A stretch of 59,350 nt of DNA from Bacteroidota bacterium (GCA_024638565.1 JAHEKC010000007.1:1-59350); one strand, 5' to 3'; numbered from the stretch's first letter, positions 19,889 through 31,337 are shown. The notes: generated from the letters alone by a model not told the origin. Program-made: numbers and translations.

Positions 19889-19928
19889 AAATGATCGCCG
19901 GGTATGGCGGCGACCATAATATAATAAA

Positions 19929-21749
19929 TTATCGCTTTGAAGGATCTCCCGGTCCGGTCTCTTCCAGCAGTTGCCGCTGATGCAGTGCTTTGTACACCTG
20001 CCCCTTGCGCATCAGCACCGCATGTGTTCCCTTTTCCACCACCTTTCCCTTTTCCAGCACGACAATTTCATCGGCATGCCGTACCGTACTCACCCGGTGG
20101 CTGATGATTAGCGTGGTCCGGCCCTTCATCAGTTCCCGCATGCTTTTTAGGATGGCCTCTTCGGTACGGGTGTCCACGGCGCTAAGGCAGTCGTCGAAGA
20201 CCAGCAGTCCCGGGTCGCGGATAATGGCCCGTGCAATGGAAACCCGTTGCTTCTGCCCGCCTGACAGCGTGATTCCCCGCTCACCAACCATGGTCCCGAA
20301 TCCCTTCGGAAATGACATGATGTTGTCGTATACCGCGGCCTTCCTCGCAGCTGCTTCGACATCTTTCATCTGCAGGCTGTCTCCCTGCTGATCCAGGCCA
20401 AACGCGATGTTATTCGCTATGGTATCACTGAACAGGAAAACATCCTGGGGCACGAAGCCGGTCTGCCGGCGAAAAGCATCCAGGTTTATTTTCCGAAGGT
20501 CCTCCCCGTCGACCAGGATGCGACCATGCGTGACATCCATCATCCGCATGAGCAGGGCAGCCACGGTGGACTTGCCGGATCCCGTTCTGCCGGTAATGGC
20601 CAGCGATTTTCCGGGCACAATCCTGAACGACACCTCATGAAGGGTATCGAATGACGCACCCGGGTACCGGAATGAAACCTCTTCGAAAACGATATCGCCT
20701 TTTATAGTAAGCGGGGCGTCAGATGGCGATTTGATCTCGGGCTCCGTATGAAGAAACTCGTTAATCCGCCGCTGCGATGCAGCGGCACGCTGTACCAGGC
20801 TTACCACCCAGCCCAGTGAAGCCACCGGCCAGGTAAGCATATTGACGTAAATGACAAATTCAGCAATATTCCCAAGCGTAACGGTCCCGGCCATTACCTC
20901 CATGCCGCCGATGTATACGGTCATGATGGTACTGATGCCCACCATGAGTAACAGGGAAGGAAAGAACAGGGCGTTTGTTCGTGCCAGCCCAAGCGACAGG
21001 TTTCGGTAACGCTGTGCTTCATCCCGGAACCCGGCTTCACGCTCTTTCTCCCGGACAAAAGATTTAATGACACGGATCCCTGAAAAGGTTTCCTGTACAA
21101 AAGTCGAAATAGCGGATAGTTGTGCCTGCACTTTTTCGCTCTTTCGGTTGATGATGTCCTGCACAAAATAAACAAGCAGGCTCAGCACCGGCAATGGTAC
21201 GAGGACAAACCATGCAAGCCTTGCATTGACATGGAACATCGCATATATAACCATGATAAAAAGCACGGACAGGTTTATGGTATACATGATGGCAGGGCCG
21301 TAGTACATGCGAACCCTGCTTACGTCTTCACTGATACGGTTCATCAGGTCGCCGGTGTTCTGGCGGTTATAAAATGAACTACCCAGCTTCAGGTAGTGAT
21401 TGAAAATTTCGTTTTTCTGATCGTATTCGATAAACCGGCTCATGACAATGAGGGTCTGCCGCATCAGGAACATAAAGAAACCCTTGAGGAGCGTCATGGT
21501 CATGATCATGACGATGAACACGAATACAGCAGCAGATACGGAAGCGTAAAATGTATCCTGCAGGCTGAAGCCGTCCAGCCATTTGTACATGTCGATGTTT
21601 TCTGAAACAAGGTCCAGGGCAATGCGCACGAGTTGCGCAGGCACCAGTGCAAAAACATTGGATATAATGACAAACAGGACACCCAGCACGAACCGTCCAC
21701 GGTACCGCAGAATGAACTTATGAACTACGCGCAGGTGCTTCATTCCCAT
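19929..21749 (-). CDS. ABC exporter, fused permease/ATPase (MdlA/MsbA-like)
   Basis: 6-TM domain, GRTGSGKS Walker A, LSGGQKQR and DDCLSAVD. Confidence 0.93.
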   Translation of the reverse strand: MGMKHLRVVHKFILRYRGRFVLGVLFVIISNVFALVPAQLVRIALDLVSENIDMYKWLDGFSLQDTFYASVSAAVFVFIVMIMTMTLLKGFFMFLMRQTLIVMSRFIEYDQKNEIFNHYLKLGSSFYNRQNTGDLMNRISEDVSRVRMYYGPAIMYTINLSVLFIMVIYAMFHVNARLAWFVLVPLPVLSLLVYFVQDIINRKSEKVQAQLSAISTFVQETFSGIRVIKSFVREKEREAGFRDEAQRYRNLSLGLARTNALFFPSLLLMVGISTIMTVYIGGMEVMAGTVTLGNIAEFVIYVNMLTWPVASLGWVVSLVQRAAASQRRINEFLHTEPEIKSPSDAPLTIKGDIVFEEVSFRYPGASFDTLHEVSFRIVPGKSLAITGRTGSGKSTVAALLMRMMDVTHGRILVDGEDLRKINLDAFRRQTGFVPQDVFLFSDTIANNIAFGLDQQGDSLQMKDVEAAARKAAVYDNIMSFPKGFGTMVGERGITLSGGQKQRVSIARAIIRDPGLLVFDDCLSAVDTRTEEAILKSMRELMKGRTTLIISHRVSTVRHADEIVVLEKGKVVEKGTHAVLMRKGQVYKALHQRQLLEETGPGDPSKR

Positions 21750-21891
21750 GCATTACCACACCACATGTGCAGCATGTCGGAGGCATTGACTTACGTTGAA
21801 ATATTGGATTAAAAAACATACCTTTGCTATGCCTTTCGAACCCGAGATCCCTATTAAGCGGTTCAAAATTATCATAATACATTTGAACTTT

Positions 21892-22995
21892 ATGCTCGAC
21901 ATCCATGAAATCACCCAAACGCTTCCGAAATCCCAGATGGTGTTCGAGCGGATTGCAGCGGGTAATCATGAGCAGGTCGTTTTTTGCTATGACCGGGCAA
22001 CAGGGCTGAAGGCGATTATTTCCATCCACAGTACAATTCTTGGACCCGCACTTGGCGGCACAAGAATGTGGCAATATAAATCCGAAGCCGAGGCGCTGAA
22101 CGACGTTTTGCGGCTTTCACGTGGCATGACATACAAGGCCGCTGTTGCCGGCCTGAACCTTGGTGGCGGCAAAGCCGTGATCATGGGCAACCCCAAGACG
22201 GACAAGTCAGAAGCCATGTTTCGTCGTTTCGGACGCTTTATCAATAACCTCCACGGCAGCTATATCACGGCCGAAGATGTGGGAACGAATACCCGCGACA
22301 TGGAGCATATCGCTTCGGAAACCAAACATGTCACGGGGCTACCCGAGTCCATGGGCGGCGGCGGAAACCCCTCCCCTGTCACCGCCTACGGGGTTTACAT
22401 GGGCCTCAAGGCTGCCGCCATGCACGCCTGGAACGAAAGCGACCTGAAAGGAAGGCGAGTGGTAGTACAGGGCATCGGACATGTCGGGGAAAACCTCGTG
22501 AAGTTGCTGCGCAAGGAAGATGCTACCGTTTTTGTTACCGACATCAATGCAGGCCTGTTGGATCGCGTGGCTTCCGAACTCGGCTGCACGGCTATTGCGC
22601 CGGATGAGGTTTTTTCAGTTGCCGCAGATATTTATGCGCCCTGTGCGCTGGGCGCCACGCTGAATACCGAGAATATCGAAAAACTTAATTGCAAGGTCGT
22701 GGCCGGCGCGGCCAACAACCAGCTTGCCGATGAGGACGTGCACGGCAGGATGCTGATGGATAAAGGAATCGTCTATGCACCTGACTTCCTGATCAATGCC
22801 GGCGGTCTGATTAACGTATACAGCGAATTTACCGGTTATGACCGTGAAAAGGCACTGAGCCAGACGGAACGGATCTTCGATGTGACACTCGATATTCTGC
22901 GCAAAGCGCAGAAAGAGAAAATACCATCCCAGGAAGCCGCCATGCGGATGGCTGAAAAAAGGCTTACTGACCACCTGGCAAGCACCGGCGACTGA
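21892..22995 (+). CDS. Leucine dehydrogenase (Glu/Leu/Phe/Val family)
   Basis: GPALGGTR, LSRGMTYK, GGGKAVI, TAEDVGT and GAANNQL; TACCTTTG promoter at 21819-21826. Confidence 0.93.
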   Translation: MLDIHEITQTLPKSQMVFERIAAGNHEQVVFCYDRATGLKAIISIHSTILGPALGGTRMWQYKSEAEALNDVLRLSRGMTYKAAVAGLNLGGGKAVIMGNPKTDKSEAMFRRFGRFINNLHGSYITAEDVGTNTRDMEHIASETKHVTGLPESMGGGGNPSPVTAYGVYMGLKAAAMHAWNESDLKGRRVVVQGIGHVGENLVKLLRKEDATVFVTDINAGLLDRVASELGCTAIAPDEVFSVAADIYAPCALGATLNTENIEKLNCKVVAGAANNQLADEDVHGRMLMDKGIVYAPDFLINAGGLINVYSEFTGYDREKALSQTERIFDVTLDILRKAQKEKIPSQEAAMRMAEKRLTDHLASTGD

Positions 22996-23037
22996 CCTGT
23001 CGGCCGAAAAAGGTTTCATGTTTTTGTTTTTTAATTA

Positions 23038-23982
23038 ATGCTTTCCAGGAGACATTTGCGCAAACGGGCCCTTCAGGTGCTTTACGCCTTCTACCAGTCG
23101 GAAGAACGTGACCTGAAAATAGCCGAAAAGCAACTCCTGCATGGCATCGACCGGACGGAAGACCTGATTTATTTCCTGCTTGATTTCCTGCCCAGCCTGG
23201 CAGCCGCTGAACACCGGTATATTGCCGATGCCCCCAGAAAGCTGCTGCAGGGAGACACACCGGCACGCCGCCGGACGCTTGAAGAGAACGTACTTGTAGA
23301 CCTCCTGTCCAAGGACGCCACATTCCGGAAATCCCTTTCCCGTAGACACATGGGGTGGGACAACGATGCAGAACAGCTTGTGATCATATTCAACAAGGTC
23401 CGTAAAAGCGAAGAATACGAGTCATACATCGCCCGTGAAAACGTCTCACCGGAAGATGAATGCGCATTTGCCGTCACCATTTTCAAAAATCACCTTGTCA
23501 AGTCGGATTCCTTCAGGCAATACATCGAGGAAAAGAACATATTCTGGGCAGACGGATTTCCCTTTGCCACGGAGATGACAGCGAAGATTCTGAAGTCAGT
23601 GAAGCCCGCTCCCGCTGCAGGGCTGGTCATACCGACCATGTTCCGCGACGAACGGGACGACAAGGCCTTCCTCCACAAGTTACTTTTCGAAACGGCACGC
23701 AATGACAGCTATTTTGAAAGCCTCATCCGTGACAAGGCACGCAACTGGGACCTCGACAGGATTGCCATGGTGGATATGATCCTCATGAAGATGACCCTGG
23801 CTGAAATCCTGAACGTGGAAAGCATTCCCGTAAAGGTGTCCATCAATGAATACCTTGAAATTGCCAAGGAGTTCTCCACTCCCAAAAGCCGCATTTTTAT
23901 CAATGGCATCATCGACAAGCTGGTGATGGACCTGCGCAGCGAAAACAAGATCCTGAAAACAGGCCGGGGACTGGTAGAATAG
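23038..23982 (+). CDS. nusB: Transcription antitermination factor NusB (long Bacteroidota form)
   Basis: MLSRRHLR...QVLYA, NWDLDRIA and SINEYLEIAKEFS...FINGIID. Confidence 0.93.
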   Translation: MLSRRHLRKRALQVLYAFYQSEERDLKIAEKQLLHGIDRTEDLIYFLLDFLPSLAAAEHRYIADAPRKLLQGDTPARRRTLEENVLVDLLSKDATFRKSLSRRHMGWDNDAEQLVIIFNKVRKSEEYESYIARENVSPEDECAFAVTIFKNHLVKSDSFRQYIEEKNIFWADGFPFATEMTAKILKSVKPAPAAGLVIPTMFRDERDDKAFLHKLLFETARNDSYFESLIRDKARNWDLDRIAMVDMILMKMTLAEILNVESIPVKVSINEYLEIAKEFSTPKSRIFINGIIDKLVMDLRSENKILKTGRGLVE

Positions 23983-24195
23983 GTTTGCGTTTAGAGGTTC
24001 GTCATGCGAATACTCGAGTTCTCGATTGTTCAAGCAATCGAACAACTGAATACATTCCGTGACTGCCATTGTTACTGTTTTACCCGACTAGCTTTGACGA
24101 AGGCGGGCCACTGCCGCTGCTACTTTACCATTCAATGACCCTCTGTTCACTGGTAACTGATTACCCATAATCCTATTCTTCATTCCTTTGACCCC

Positions 24196-25113
24196 ATGCA
24201 ATCCGACCTCCGGTTCCGGCGCTGGCTGTTCCTTGTCATCCTGGCAGTGATCTGGGGCAGCTCGTTTATCCTCATGAAATGGGGGCTGATAGCATTCCGT
24301 GCCGACCAGGTGGCTGCCATCAGGATGGCCGTGGCATTCGGCGGCCTGCTCCCGTTTGCCCTGCAGCATCTACGAATGGTATCCGCAACGGACCTGAAAT
24401 GGATTTTCGCGACCGGCATCGTGGGTAACGGCATTCCCGCATTCCTGTTCGCATTCGCCCAGACACGGATCGACAGCGCCGTGGCGGGTATGCTCAACTC
24501 CCTTACCCCCGTTTTTGTGGTGCTGGTGGGCATGCTGTTTTTCGCTACGCGGTTCAAAAAGTCACACCTGACGGGTGTGCTGATCGGACTGGCAGGCGCT
24601 GCAGGTCTAATCCTGCTCAGACATGACGGAAGCGTTGACCTGGCGCAATCGCGTTACAGCATGCTGGTCATCGCGGCAACCGTCTGCTATGCCGTTTCCG
24701 TCAACATCATGCGGAACAAGCTGCACCATGTGAAATCCATTGTCATCACGGCCTTTGCACTGGTGGCGGCCGGCCCTCCCTGCCTGGTATACCTGCTGGC
24801 CACTGATTTTACCGCGCGGCTTGAAGGGCCGTCCGGCTGGTTCAGCTTCGGCAGCGTGGCCACACTCGCACTGCTGGGTACCGCTTTCTCCACGGTGCTT
24901 TTCACCAACCTCATCAAAATCTCCAGTGCGCTGTACGCCTCTTCGGTGACCTACCTGATCCCGGTGGTTGCGTTGTTGTGGGGGCTGGCGGACCAGGAAC
25001 CGGTTGGATGGATGCACCTCGTGGCCCTCGCCGGCATCCTGCTGGGCGTCTACCTGATCAATCTGGAGTCCATCCGGGAGGAGTCCGCCCGGAAACAGGG
25101 CCGTGCAGGCTGA
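24196..25113 (+). CDS. EamA/DMT family transporter
   Basis: IWGSSF, about 10 TM helices, VTYLIPVVA. Confidence 0.9.
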   Translation: MQSDLRFRRWLFLVILAVIWGSSFILMKWGLIAFRADQVAAIRMAVAFGGLLPFALQHLRMVSATDLKWIFATGIVGNGIPAFLFAFAQTRIDSAVAGMLNSLTPVFVVLVGMLFFATRFKKSHLTGVLIGLAGAAGLILLRHDGSVDLAQSRYSMLVIAATVCYAVSVNIMRNKLHHVKSIVITAFALVAAGPPCLVYLLATDFTARLEGPSGWFSFGSVATLALLGTAFSTVLFTNLIKISSALYASSVTYLIPVVALLWGLADQEPVGWMHLVALAGILLGVYLINLESIREESARKQGRAG

Positions 25114-25165
25114 AACCCGGTCGATTTCCCCGATCCCGGGGCTTCCATAATCGTAACCGGATTAC

Positions 25166-25173
25166 TATCTTTG
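25166..25173 (+). promoter_or_regulatory. -7 element for rplU-rpmA
   Basis: TATCTTTG, 26 nt upstream of rplU. Confidence 0.7.
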
Positions 25174-25199
25174 CCAACCCTTTCCCGAACACCAAAGTC

Positions 25200-25514
25200 A
25201 TGAAGTACGCTATAGTTGATATCGCCGGCCAGCAATTCAAAGTAGTTGAGGACCAGCATGTATTCGTCCATCGCCTGGAAGCCGGCGAAGGCGAGAAGGT
25301 AAATTTCGACAAGGTCCTCCTGGTGGACAATGCCGGCAAGGTCAAGGTAGGCAAGCCCACCGTGGCAGGAGCCCAGGTCTCCGCCAAGGTGGTATCTCAT
25401 GTGAAAGGCGACAAGGTGTTGGTTTTCAAAAAGAAAAGACGCAAGGGCTTCCAGACGCTGAACGGGCACCGCCAGGCGCTCACGAGGCTTCATATCGAAA
25501 AGATCAAAGGCTAA
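25200..25514 (+). CDS. rplU: 50S ribosomal protein L21
   Basis: [15 protein letters not shown]...KKKRRKG...GHRQ. Confidence 0.97.
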   Translation: MKYAIVDIAGQQFKVVEDQHVFVHRLEAGEGEKVNFDKVLLVDNAGKVKVGKPTVAGAQVSAKVVSHVKGDKVLVFKKKRRKGFQTLNGHRQALTRLHIEKIKG

Positions 25515-25558
25515 TCATATCACAGGTGCCGGAATTCCGGCACGCACCACTAAATCTC

Positions 25559-25831
25559 ATGGCACACAAAAAAGGAGTCGGTAGTTCCAAGAACGGCCGC
25601 GAATCACACAGTAAAAGGCTTGGCGTAAAGATCTTCGGGGGACAAAAGGCCATCGCGGGCAATATCATCGTACGCCAGCGCGGCACCAGGCACCGGCCGG
25701 CCGAAGGCGTGGGCATGGGACGCGATCATACCCTCTTCGCCACACGTGACGGCATTGTCGTATTCCGCAAGAAGCGTGACGACAAGTCATACGTATATGT
25801 ACAGCCATTTGACCAGGCCGGCGAAGCCTGA
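25559..25831 (+). CDS. rpmA: 50S ribosomal protein L27
   Basis: [24 protein letters not shown]...IIVRQRGT. Confidence 0.98.
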   Translation: MAHKKGVGSSKNGRESHSKRLGVKIFGGQKAIAGNIIVRQRGTRHRPAEGVGMGRDHTLFATRDGIVVFRKKRDDKSYVYVQPFDQAGEA

Positions 25832-25852
25832 TTGGACACACACTAAACCCCT

Positions 25853-25880
25853 GTCCGGCAGATATTTCCGGACCTTTTTT
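25853..25880 (+). terminator. Probable intrinsic terminator after rpmA
   Basis: GTCCGG/CCGGAC stem followed by a T6 run. Confidence 0.55.
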
Positions 25881-25970
25881 GCCCCCGGGAGGCATTTTGT
25901 TATCTAGAAAAAAATATTTTCCTTTGTCATCTAATCCCGTAAACCATTAAACCTAGCATCTAAAGACCGT

Positions 25971-27971
25971 ATGATGAAGAAATTGCAATATCTTTTAGTC
26001 TGCGTATTGTCCCTGTCGCTGGTCACCGGCGCCTTCGGAGACGATAAGCCGAAGAAGAGCAAGACGCCGAAAGCGGACGAAAAATTCGAGCGTGGCATGT
26101 ATAGCGATGCTATGGAACTTTACAAGAAGTGCTATGCCAAGCAGAAGAAGAAGGAAGACAAGTCGCGGTCCGCATACATGGTCGCTGAATGTTACCGCCT
26201 GAACGGCAACTATGTCGAAACTGCCAACTGGTATGAAAAGGCCTACTCCAGCGGTAATCGTGAACCCAATACAATCATGCGCTGGGCCGAAGCGCTGAAG
26301 AGCAACGGCAAGTACGATGAATCCGTTGCCAAGTACAACGAATACAAGGAAATGAAGGATGCGGACGTGGCCGCGGCGACCGAAGGGATCAAGCAGGCGG
26401 AACAGGCACAGGCCTGGACGGACAAGCCCACACGCTTCGAGGTGAACAACGAAAGCGCGCTAAATACCAAGTACTACGATTTTGCGGTGGCCCGGAACCC
26501 GATGAGCAAAAACGGAATCCTGCTCACCTCCTCACGGGAAGCTTCTACCGGCACCAAGTTTGACGGCTGGTACGGGCAAAAGTATTTTGACCTGTTCAGT
26601 GCTGAACAGGACAACAATGGCAAATGGAGCACCCCTGTACCCATGCCCGAACCCGTGAACGGGAAAGCCAGCGACGGCGCCTGCACGTTCGACAGCAAAG
26701 GGACCACCATGTACTTCACCCGCTGCGAATCCGTGGATGACGAGTACGGTTCATGCAAGATCTTCATGACCAGGTACCAGAATGAGGTCTGGAGTGAACC
26801 TGAACCCCTGCCTTTTAACTCAAACGAATACTCCGTGGGTCATCCGTCCCTTTCAGTCGATGGCAAATCCCTTTACTTCTCCTCCGACATGCCCGGCGGG
26901 CAGGGAGGACATGACCTTTATATCTGTACATGGGACGAGGCAGCCGGCAACTGGAGCGCACCCAGGAATATGGGTGCCGCTGTCAATACGAGGAAGGACG
27001 AAATGTTCCCGCATATTCATGAGAACGGGAAACTATATTTCTCCTCCAACGGGCACAGTGGAATGGGCGGCCTCGATATCCTGTCGGCAACAGACGACGG
27101 CGGCAACTGGATTGTAAGGAACCTCAAGTCACCCATCAATACCGGTGCGGACGATTTCAATATCCAGTTCACCACCGTCACAAGCGGGTATTTCTCTTCA
27201 AACCGCCCCGGCGGACAGGGCAGCGACGACATTTACTCCTTCGTGATGCCCCCGCCGAATTTCGCTGTCTATGGCAGGGTGTACGACACCGATACCAAGG
27301 AAAGCATCTCAGGTGCCACGGTAGAGCTGTTCGGCAGCGACGGCACTTCACTGAGCGTCAAAACCGAGGATGACGGCAACTACAGGTATCAGCTAAAGCC
27401 GAATGTCAAGTACAAGATTTCCGCATCGTTTACCGGCTACCTGACCAAGTTCGCAGAAGTTTCCACCGTGGGGATCGATGAATCCATGGACTTCGAGGAA
27501 AACTTCGACTTCCCACTCAAGTCATCGGCCAAGCCCATCACCTTGCCCGAGGTATTCTATGACCTCGACAAATCGACGCTGCGTCCTGTATCGCGGACCG
27601 CGCTTGACGGCCTCGTGACGGTACTTAACGAAAACCCAACCATCACCATCAAGATGACCGCGCACACTGACCTTCGTGCCAGTGACGAGTATAATATCCG
27701 GCTGTCAGACCGCAGGGCCAAGTCATGCGTGGATTACCTGATCAAGAAAGGTATTGCAAAAGACAGGCTTTCCTCGGAAGGCAAGGGCGAAACCACACCC
27801 AAGGAGGTCGAGAACGATGAGGAATACCTCCCATTCAAGCGTGGCGACGTGCTGACACCGGCCTTCATCGAAAAACTCGAAACGACAGAGCTGAAGGAGA
27901 AAGCCCACCAGTATAACCGGAGAACAGAATTTGAAGTGCTCCGCACTGACTATGTACCCAAAGAGGACTAA
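25971..27971 (+). CDS. PorE-like TPR/PD40/carboxypeptidase-regulatory/OmpA peptidoglycan-binding protein
   Basis: TPR helices, YFSSDMPGGQGG PD40 repeats, and OmpA C-domain HTDLRASDEYN...LSDRRA...NRRTEF. Confidence 0.88.
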   Translation: MMKKLQYLLVCVLSLSLVTGAFGDDKPKKSKTPKADEKFERGMYSDAMELYKKCYAKQKKKEDKSRSAYMVAECYRLNGNYVETANWYEKAYSSGNREPNTIMRWAEALKSNGKYDESVAKYNEYKEMKDADVAAATEGIKQAEQAQAWTDKPTRFEVNNESALNTKYYDFAVARNPMSKNGILLTSSREASTGTKFDGWYGQKYFDLFSAEQDNNGKWSTPVPMPEPVNGKASDGACTFDSKGTTMYFTRCESVDDEYGSCKIFMTRYQNEVWSEPEPLPFNSNEYSVGHPSLSVDGKSLYFSSDMPGGQGGHDLYICTWDEAAGNWSAPRNMGAAVNTRKDEMFPHIHENGKLYFSSNGHSGMGGLDILSATDDGGNWIVRNLKSPINTGADDFNIQFTTVTSGYFSSNRPGGQGSDDIYSFVMPPPNFAVYGRVYDTDTKESISGATVELFGSDGTSLSVKTEDDGNYRYQLKPNVKYKISASFTGYLTKFAEVSTVGIDESMDFEENFDFPLKSSAKPITLPEVFYDLDKSTLRPVSRTALDGLVTVLNENPTITIKMTAHTDLRASDEYNIRLSDRRAKSCVDYLIKKGIAKDRLSSEGKGETTPKEVENDEEYLPFKRGDVLTPAFIEKLETTELKEKAHQYNRRTEFEVLRTDYVPKED

Positions 27972-27989
27972 CATCCTATGAATCCATTT

Positions 27990-28022
27990 AAACTCCTTCG
28001 CCCAGCGGAGGAGTTTTTTATT
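27990..28022 (+). terminator. Intrinsic terminator
   Basis: AAACTCCTTCGC/GCGGAGGAGTTT stem plus T tract. Confidence 0.75.
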
Positions 28023-28028
28023 TAACCC

Positions 28029-29198
28029 ATGTCCGACCGATACAGCTCCAGGGGCGTGTCATCCCAAAAGGAAGATGTGCACAAGGCCATCCGCAAAAGT
28101 GGAAAGGGTCTTTACCCTAAAGCGTTTTGCAAGGTGCTGCCGGACCTGATCGGCGGCGACCGCCGGTACTGCAACATCATGCATGCCGACGGTGCAGGCA
28201 CCAAGTCTTCACTGGCCTATGCCTACTGGAAGGAAACCGGCGACCTTTCCGTATGGAAAGGCATCGCGCAGGACGCACTGGTCATGAACATAGACGACCT
28301 GCTCTGCGTGGGCGCCACGGACAGGATCCTGGTCTCCTCCACCATTGGCAGGAACAAGCACCTTATCCCGGGAGAAGTCATCTCGGCCGTCATCCGCGGT
28401 ACGGAAGAATGCCTTTCCTGGCTGCGTGATAACGGGATCCGGATCGAATCCGCGGGAGGTGAAACGGCCGACGTGGGTGACCTGGTAAGGACCATCATCG
28501 TGGATTCCAACGTGACCTGCCGGCTGCCCAGGAAAGATGTCATCGACAACAGGAAAATCCGGGCCGGGGACGTCATCGTGGGCCTGTCCTCCGCGGGAAA
28601 GGCAAACTATGAGAAGACGTACAACAGCGGTATCGGCAGCAACGGACTTACCTCCGCGCGCCATGACGTGCTCAGCCGATACATCGCCCGTAAATACCCG
28701 GAAACATACGATCCTAAGGTTCCCCGCCGCCTCGTCTATTCAGGGACCCGGAAGCTGACTGAAAAGGTCAGGATCGGGCGCTTTCAAACTACCGTGGGAA
28801 AGCTGCTGCTGTCCCCCACCAGGACATATGCACCCGTGATCCGGAAAATACTTTCCCGCCACCGCGCACGTATCCACGGAATGATACACTGCAGCGGCGG
28901 GGGCCAGACGAAGGTGTTGCACTTTGTCGATGGGCTGCATGTGGTCAAGGACCACCTCTTCCCTATTCCGCCCGTATTCGAAATGATACAGGAGGAATCA
29001 GGAACCGCATGGCACGAAATGTACCGGGTGTTCAATATGGGACACCGGATGGAACTTTATGTATCACCGGCTTACGCCGATGACCTTATTGCCGTTTCGA
29101 AATCATACGGCATCGATGCGCGAGTGGTCGGCCGCGTGGAAAAGGCGAAAAAAAGCGTGTGTACGATCGATTCCGTTCACGGGACATTTGTTTATTAG
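28029..29198 (+). CDS. purM: Phosphoribosylformylglycinamidine cyclo-ligase (AIR synthase), Bacteroidota type
   Basis: HADGAGTK, GGETADVGD, GSNGLTSARH and VFNMGHR. Confidence 0.92.
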   Translation: MSDRYSSRGVSSQKEDVHKAIRKSGKGLYPKAFCKVLPDLIGGDRRYCNIMHADGAGTKSSLAYAYWKETGDLSVWKGIAQDALVMNIDDLLCVGATDRILVSSTIGRNKHLIPGEVISAVIRGTEECLSWLRDNGIRIESAGGETADVGDLVRTIIVDSNVTCRLPRKDVIDNRKIRAGDVIVGLSSAGKANYEKTYNSGIGSNGLTSARHDVLSRYIARKYPETYDPKVPRRLVYSGTRKLTEKVRIGRFQTTVGKLLLSPTRTYAPVIRKILSRHRARIHGMIHCSGGGQTKVLHFVDGLHVVKDHLFPIPPVFEMIQEESGTAWHEMYRVFNMGHRMELYVSPAYADDLIAVSKSYGIDARVVGRVEKAKKSVCTIDSVHGTFVY

Positions 29199-29247
29199 CT
29201 TGGCAGAATTCTATTAATGAAAGCAGGTCGTTAATCCTGCGGGTATC

Positions 29248-30324
29248 ATGGACCTCCTCGAAAAACTGGAAGCCATCCGGCAGAAATACCTCGATATCGA
29301 GATGCAACTCAGCAGCCCCGAGGTGACGGCTGACATGAAGAAGTATACCACCCTGAACAAGTCCTACAAGGACCTCCAGGATGTGGTTGAGCTGTACGAT
29401 CGCTACAAATCGGTGCTGGAAAACATCTCCCAGTCACGCGAGATCCTGCAGAACGAAAAGGATGCCGGATTCAGGGCGCTGGCCAAAAGTGAACTGGAAA
29501 CCCTTGAGCCGGAACAGGAACAGCTGGAGGAGACCATCCGGCTGAAACTGGTCCCGAAGGACCCGGAAGACGAAAAAGATGTGGAAATGGAAATCAGGGC
29601 CGGCACCGGCGGCGATGAAGCCAGCATCTTTGCAGGTGACCTGTTCCGGATGTATACCAGGTATTGTGAGAAGCGGAAGTGGAAAACGGAAATCATGGAC
29701 TTCAACGAGGGCAATACGGGAGGCTACAAGGAAATGGTCTTCAGCGTGAAGGGAGATAACGTGTACGGGCAGCTCAAATACGAATCCGGTGTGCACCGGG
29801 TGCAGCGTGTGCCGGAAACAGAGACCATGGGCCGCGTACATACATCGGCCGCCACCGTGGCGGTGCTGCCCGAGGCAGAAGAGGTGGATGTGGAAGTCAA
29901 TCCCGCCGACCTTGAATTCCAGACGGCCCGTTCCAGCGGTGCCGGCGGCCAGAACGTGAACAAGGTGGAAACGAAGGTGCAGCTCACGCACAAGCCCACC
30001 GGCATCGTGGTGACCTGCCAGGTGGAACGCTCCCAGCATGGCAACCGCGAAAGGGCACTGCAGATGCTGCGAACGAAACTTTACGAAATGGAACTGCAGA
30101 AGCACCAGGCGGAGATTTCACAGAAAAGAAAGACCATGGTGTCAACCGGCGACCGCAGCGCCAAAATCCGAACGTACAACTACGCCCAGAGCCGGGTGAC
30201 CGACCACCGCATCGGGCTGTCGACTTATAACCTGCCCACATTCATGAACGGCGATATCCAGGAATTCATTGATGCGCTGCAAATCGCGGAGAATGCGGAA
30301 AAAATGAAAGAAGGATCGGGATGA
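29248..30324 (+). CDS. prfA: Peptide chain release factor 1
   Basis: [25 protein letters not shown] (PxT motif) and GAGGQNVNK. Confidence 0.97.
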   Translation: MDLLEKLEAIRQKYLDIEMQLSSPEVTADMKKYTTLNKSYKDLQDVVELYDRYKSVLENISQSREILQNEKDAGFRALAKSELETLEPEQEQLEETIRLKLVPKDPEDEKDVEMEIRAGTGGDEASIFAGDLFRMYTRYCEKRKWKTEIMDFNEGNTGGYKEMVFSVKGDNVYGQLKYESGVHRVQRVPETETMGRVHTSAATVAVLPEAEEVDVEVNPADLEFQTARSSGAGGQNVNKVETKVQLTHKPTGIVVTCQVERSQHGNRERALQMLRTKLYEMELQKHQAEISQKRKTMVSTGDRSAKIRTYNYAQSRVTDHRIGLSTYNLPTFMNGDIQEFIDALQIAENAEKMKEGSG

Positions 30325-30442
30325 AAATAGTAGCAGTGGCAGTCATTGAACGTACTCGAATACCCGGTTGCCCGAATACCTGAATGACGGATCGTGACTC
30401 GCGAATGCAAACCTTGAACTTTGAACCATGAACAGCCATTAG

Positions 30443-31240
30443 ATGGACCGCCTCACCCTCATCAGCCAGATACGAAAGAAGCGCTCATTCCTCTGCGTGG
30501 GCCTGGATACGGATCCCGCACGCATTCCCGGTCACCTGCGCAAGTCGGATGACCCCGTATTCGAATTCAACAAGGCCGTCATAGAAGCGACCCGGGATCA
30601 TTGTGTGGCGTACAAGCCCAACATCGCATTCTATGAAGCTATGGGGCCAAAAGGCTGGCACACCCTGGAAAAGACACTCGCACTGATCCCCGATGACATC
30701 TTCACCATTGCGGACGCCAAGCGCGGCGACATCGGCAATTCCTCGAAAAAATATGCCGAGACGTTCTTCCAGACATTCGATTTTGATGCCGTGACCCTGT
30801 CCCCGTACATGGGTGAGGATTCGATCCGTCCGTTCCTCGAATTCGAAGGCAAATGGGCCATCCTGCTGGCGCTGACCTCCAACCCGGGCGCGGAAGATTT
30901 CCAGTCAGCAGGCGATGAGCCCCTGTACCGGCGCGTACTGGAGGTCTCCAGCCGCTGGGGTCATGACGGGAATACGATGTATGTGGTGGGGGCCACGCGA
31001 CCGGAAGCATTTACCGCCGTCCGGCAGGTGGTACCGGGGCATTTCCTGCTCGTGCCCGGTGTGGGCGCCCAGGGCGGCGATTTTGACCGCCTCTGCGATG
31101 CCGGCCTGAACAAGGACACCGGGCTGCTGGTCAACGCCTCCCGCAGCATCCTGTACGCCTCTTCCGGCACCGACTTCGCGGAAAAAGCCGGCGAGCAGGC
31201 AGCCGCCATGGCCAGGCAGATGGCCGGCAGGATATCATAA
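30443..31240 (+). CDS. pyrF: Orotidine-5'-phosphate decarboxylase
   Basis: LCVGLD, DAKRGDIGN, PGVGAQGG and VNASRSI. Confidence 0.96.
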   Translation: MDRLTLISQIRKKRSFLCVGLDTDPARIPGHLRKSDDPVFEFNKAVIEATRDHCVAYKPNIAFYEAMGPKGWHTLEKTLALIPDDIFTIADAKRGDIGNSSKKYAETFFQTFDFDAVTLSPYMGEDSIRPFLEFEGKWAILLALTSNPGAEDFQSAGDEPLYRRVLEVSSRWGHDGNTMYVVGATRPEAFTAVRQVVPGHFLLVPGVGAQGGDFDRLCDAGLNKDTGLLVNASRSILYASSGTDFAEKAGEQAAAMARQMAGRIS

Positions 31241-31337
31241 CCACACCAGCCCCCTGAAACCTGTATTTTAATACCTTAGTATTAAACCATCAGACCTGCC
31301 GGAAGTCAAAACCCGGTATCAATACAGCCTGAAACCC

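Noticed and set aside
29248-30324. Programmed frameshift in the release factor
   Set aside because: This is RF1 (PxT motif) with an uninterrupted frame; the known frameshift belongs to prfB.
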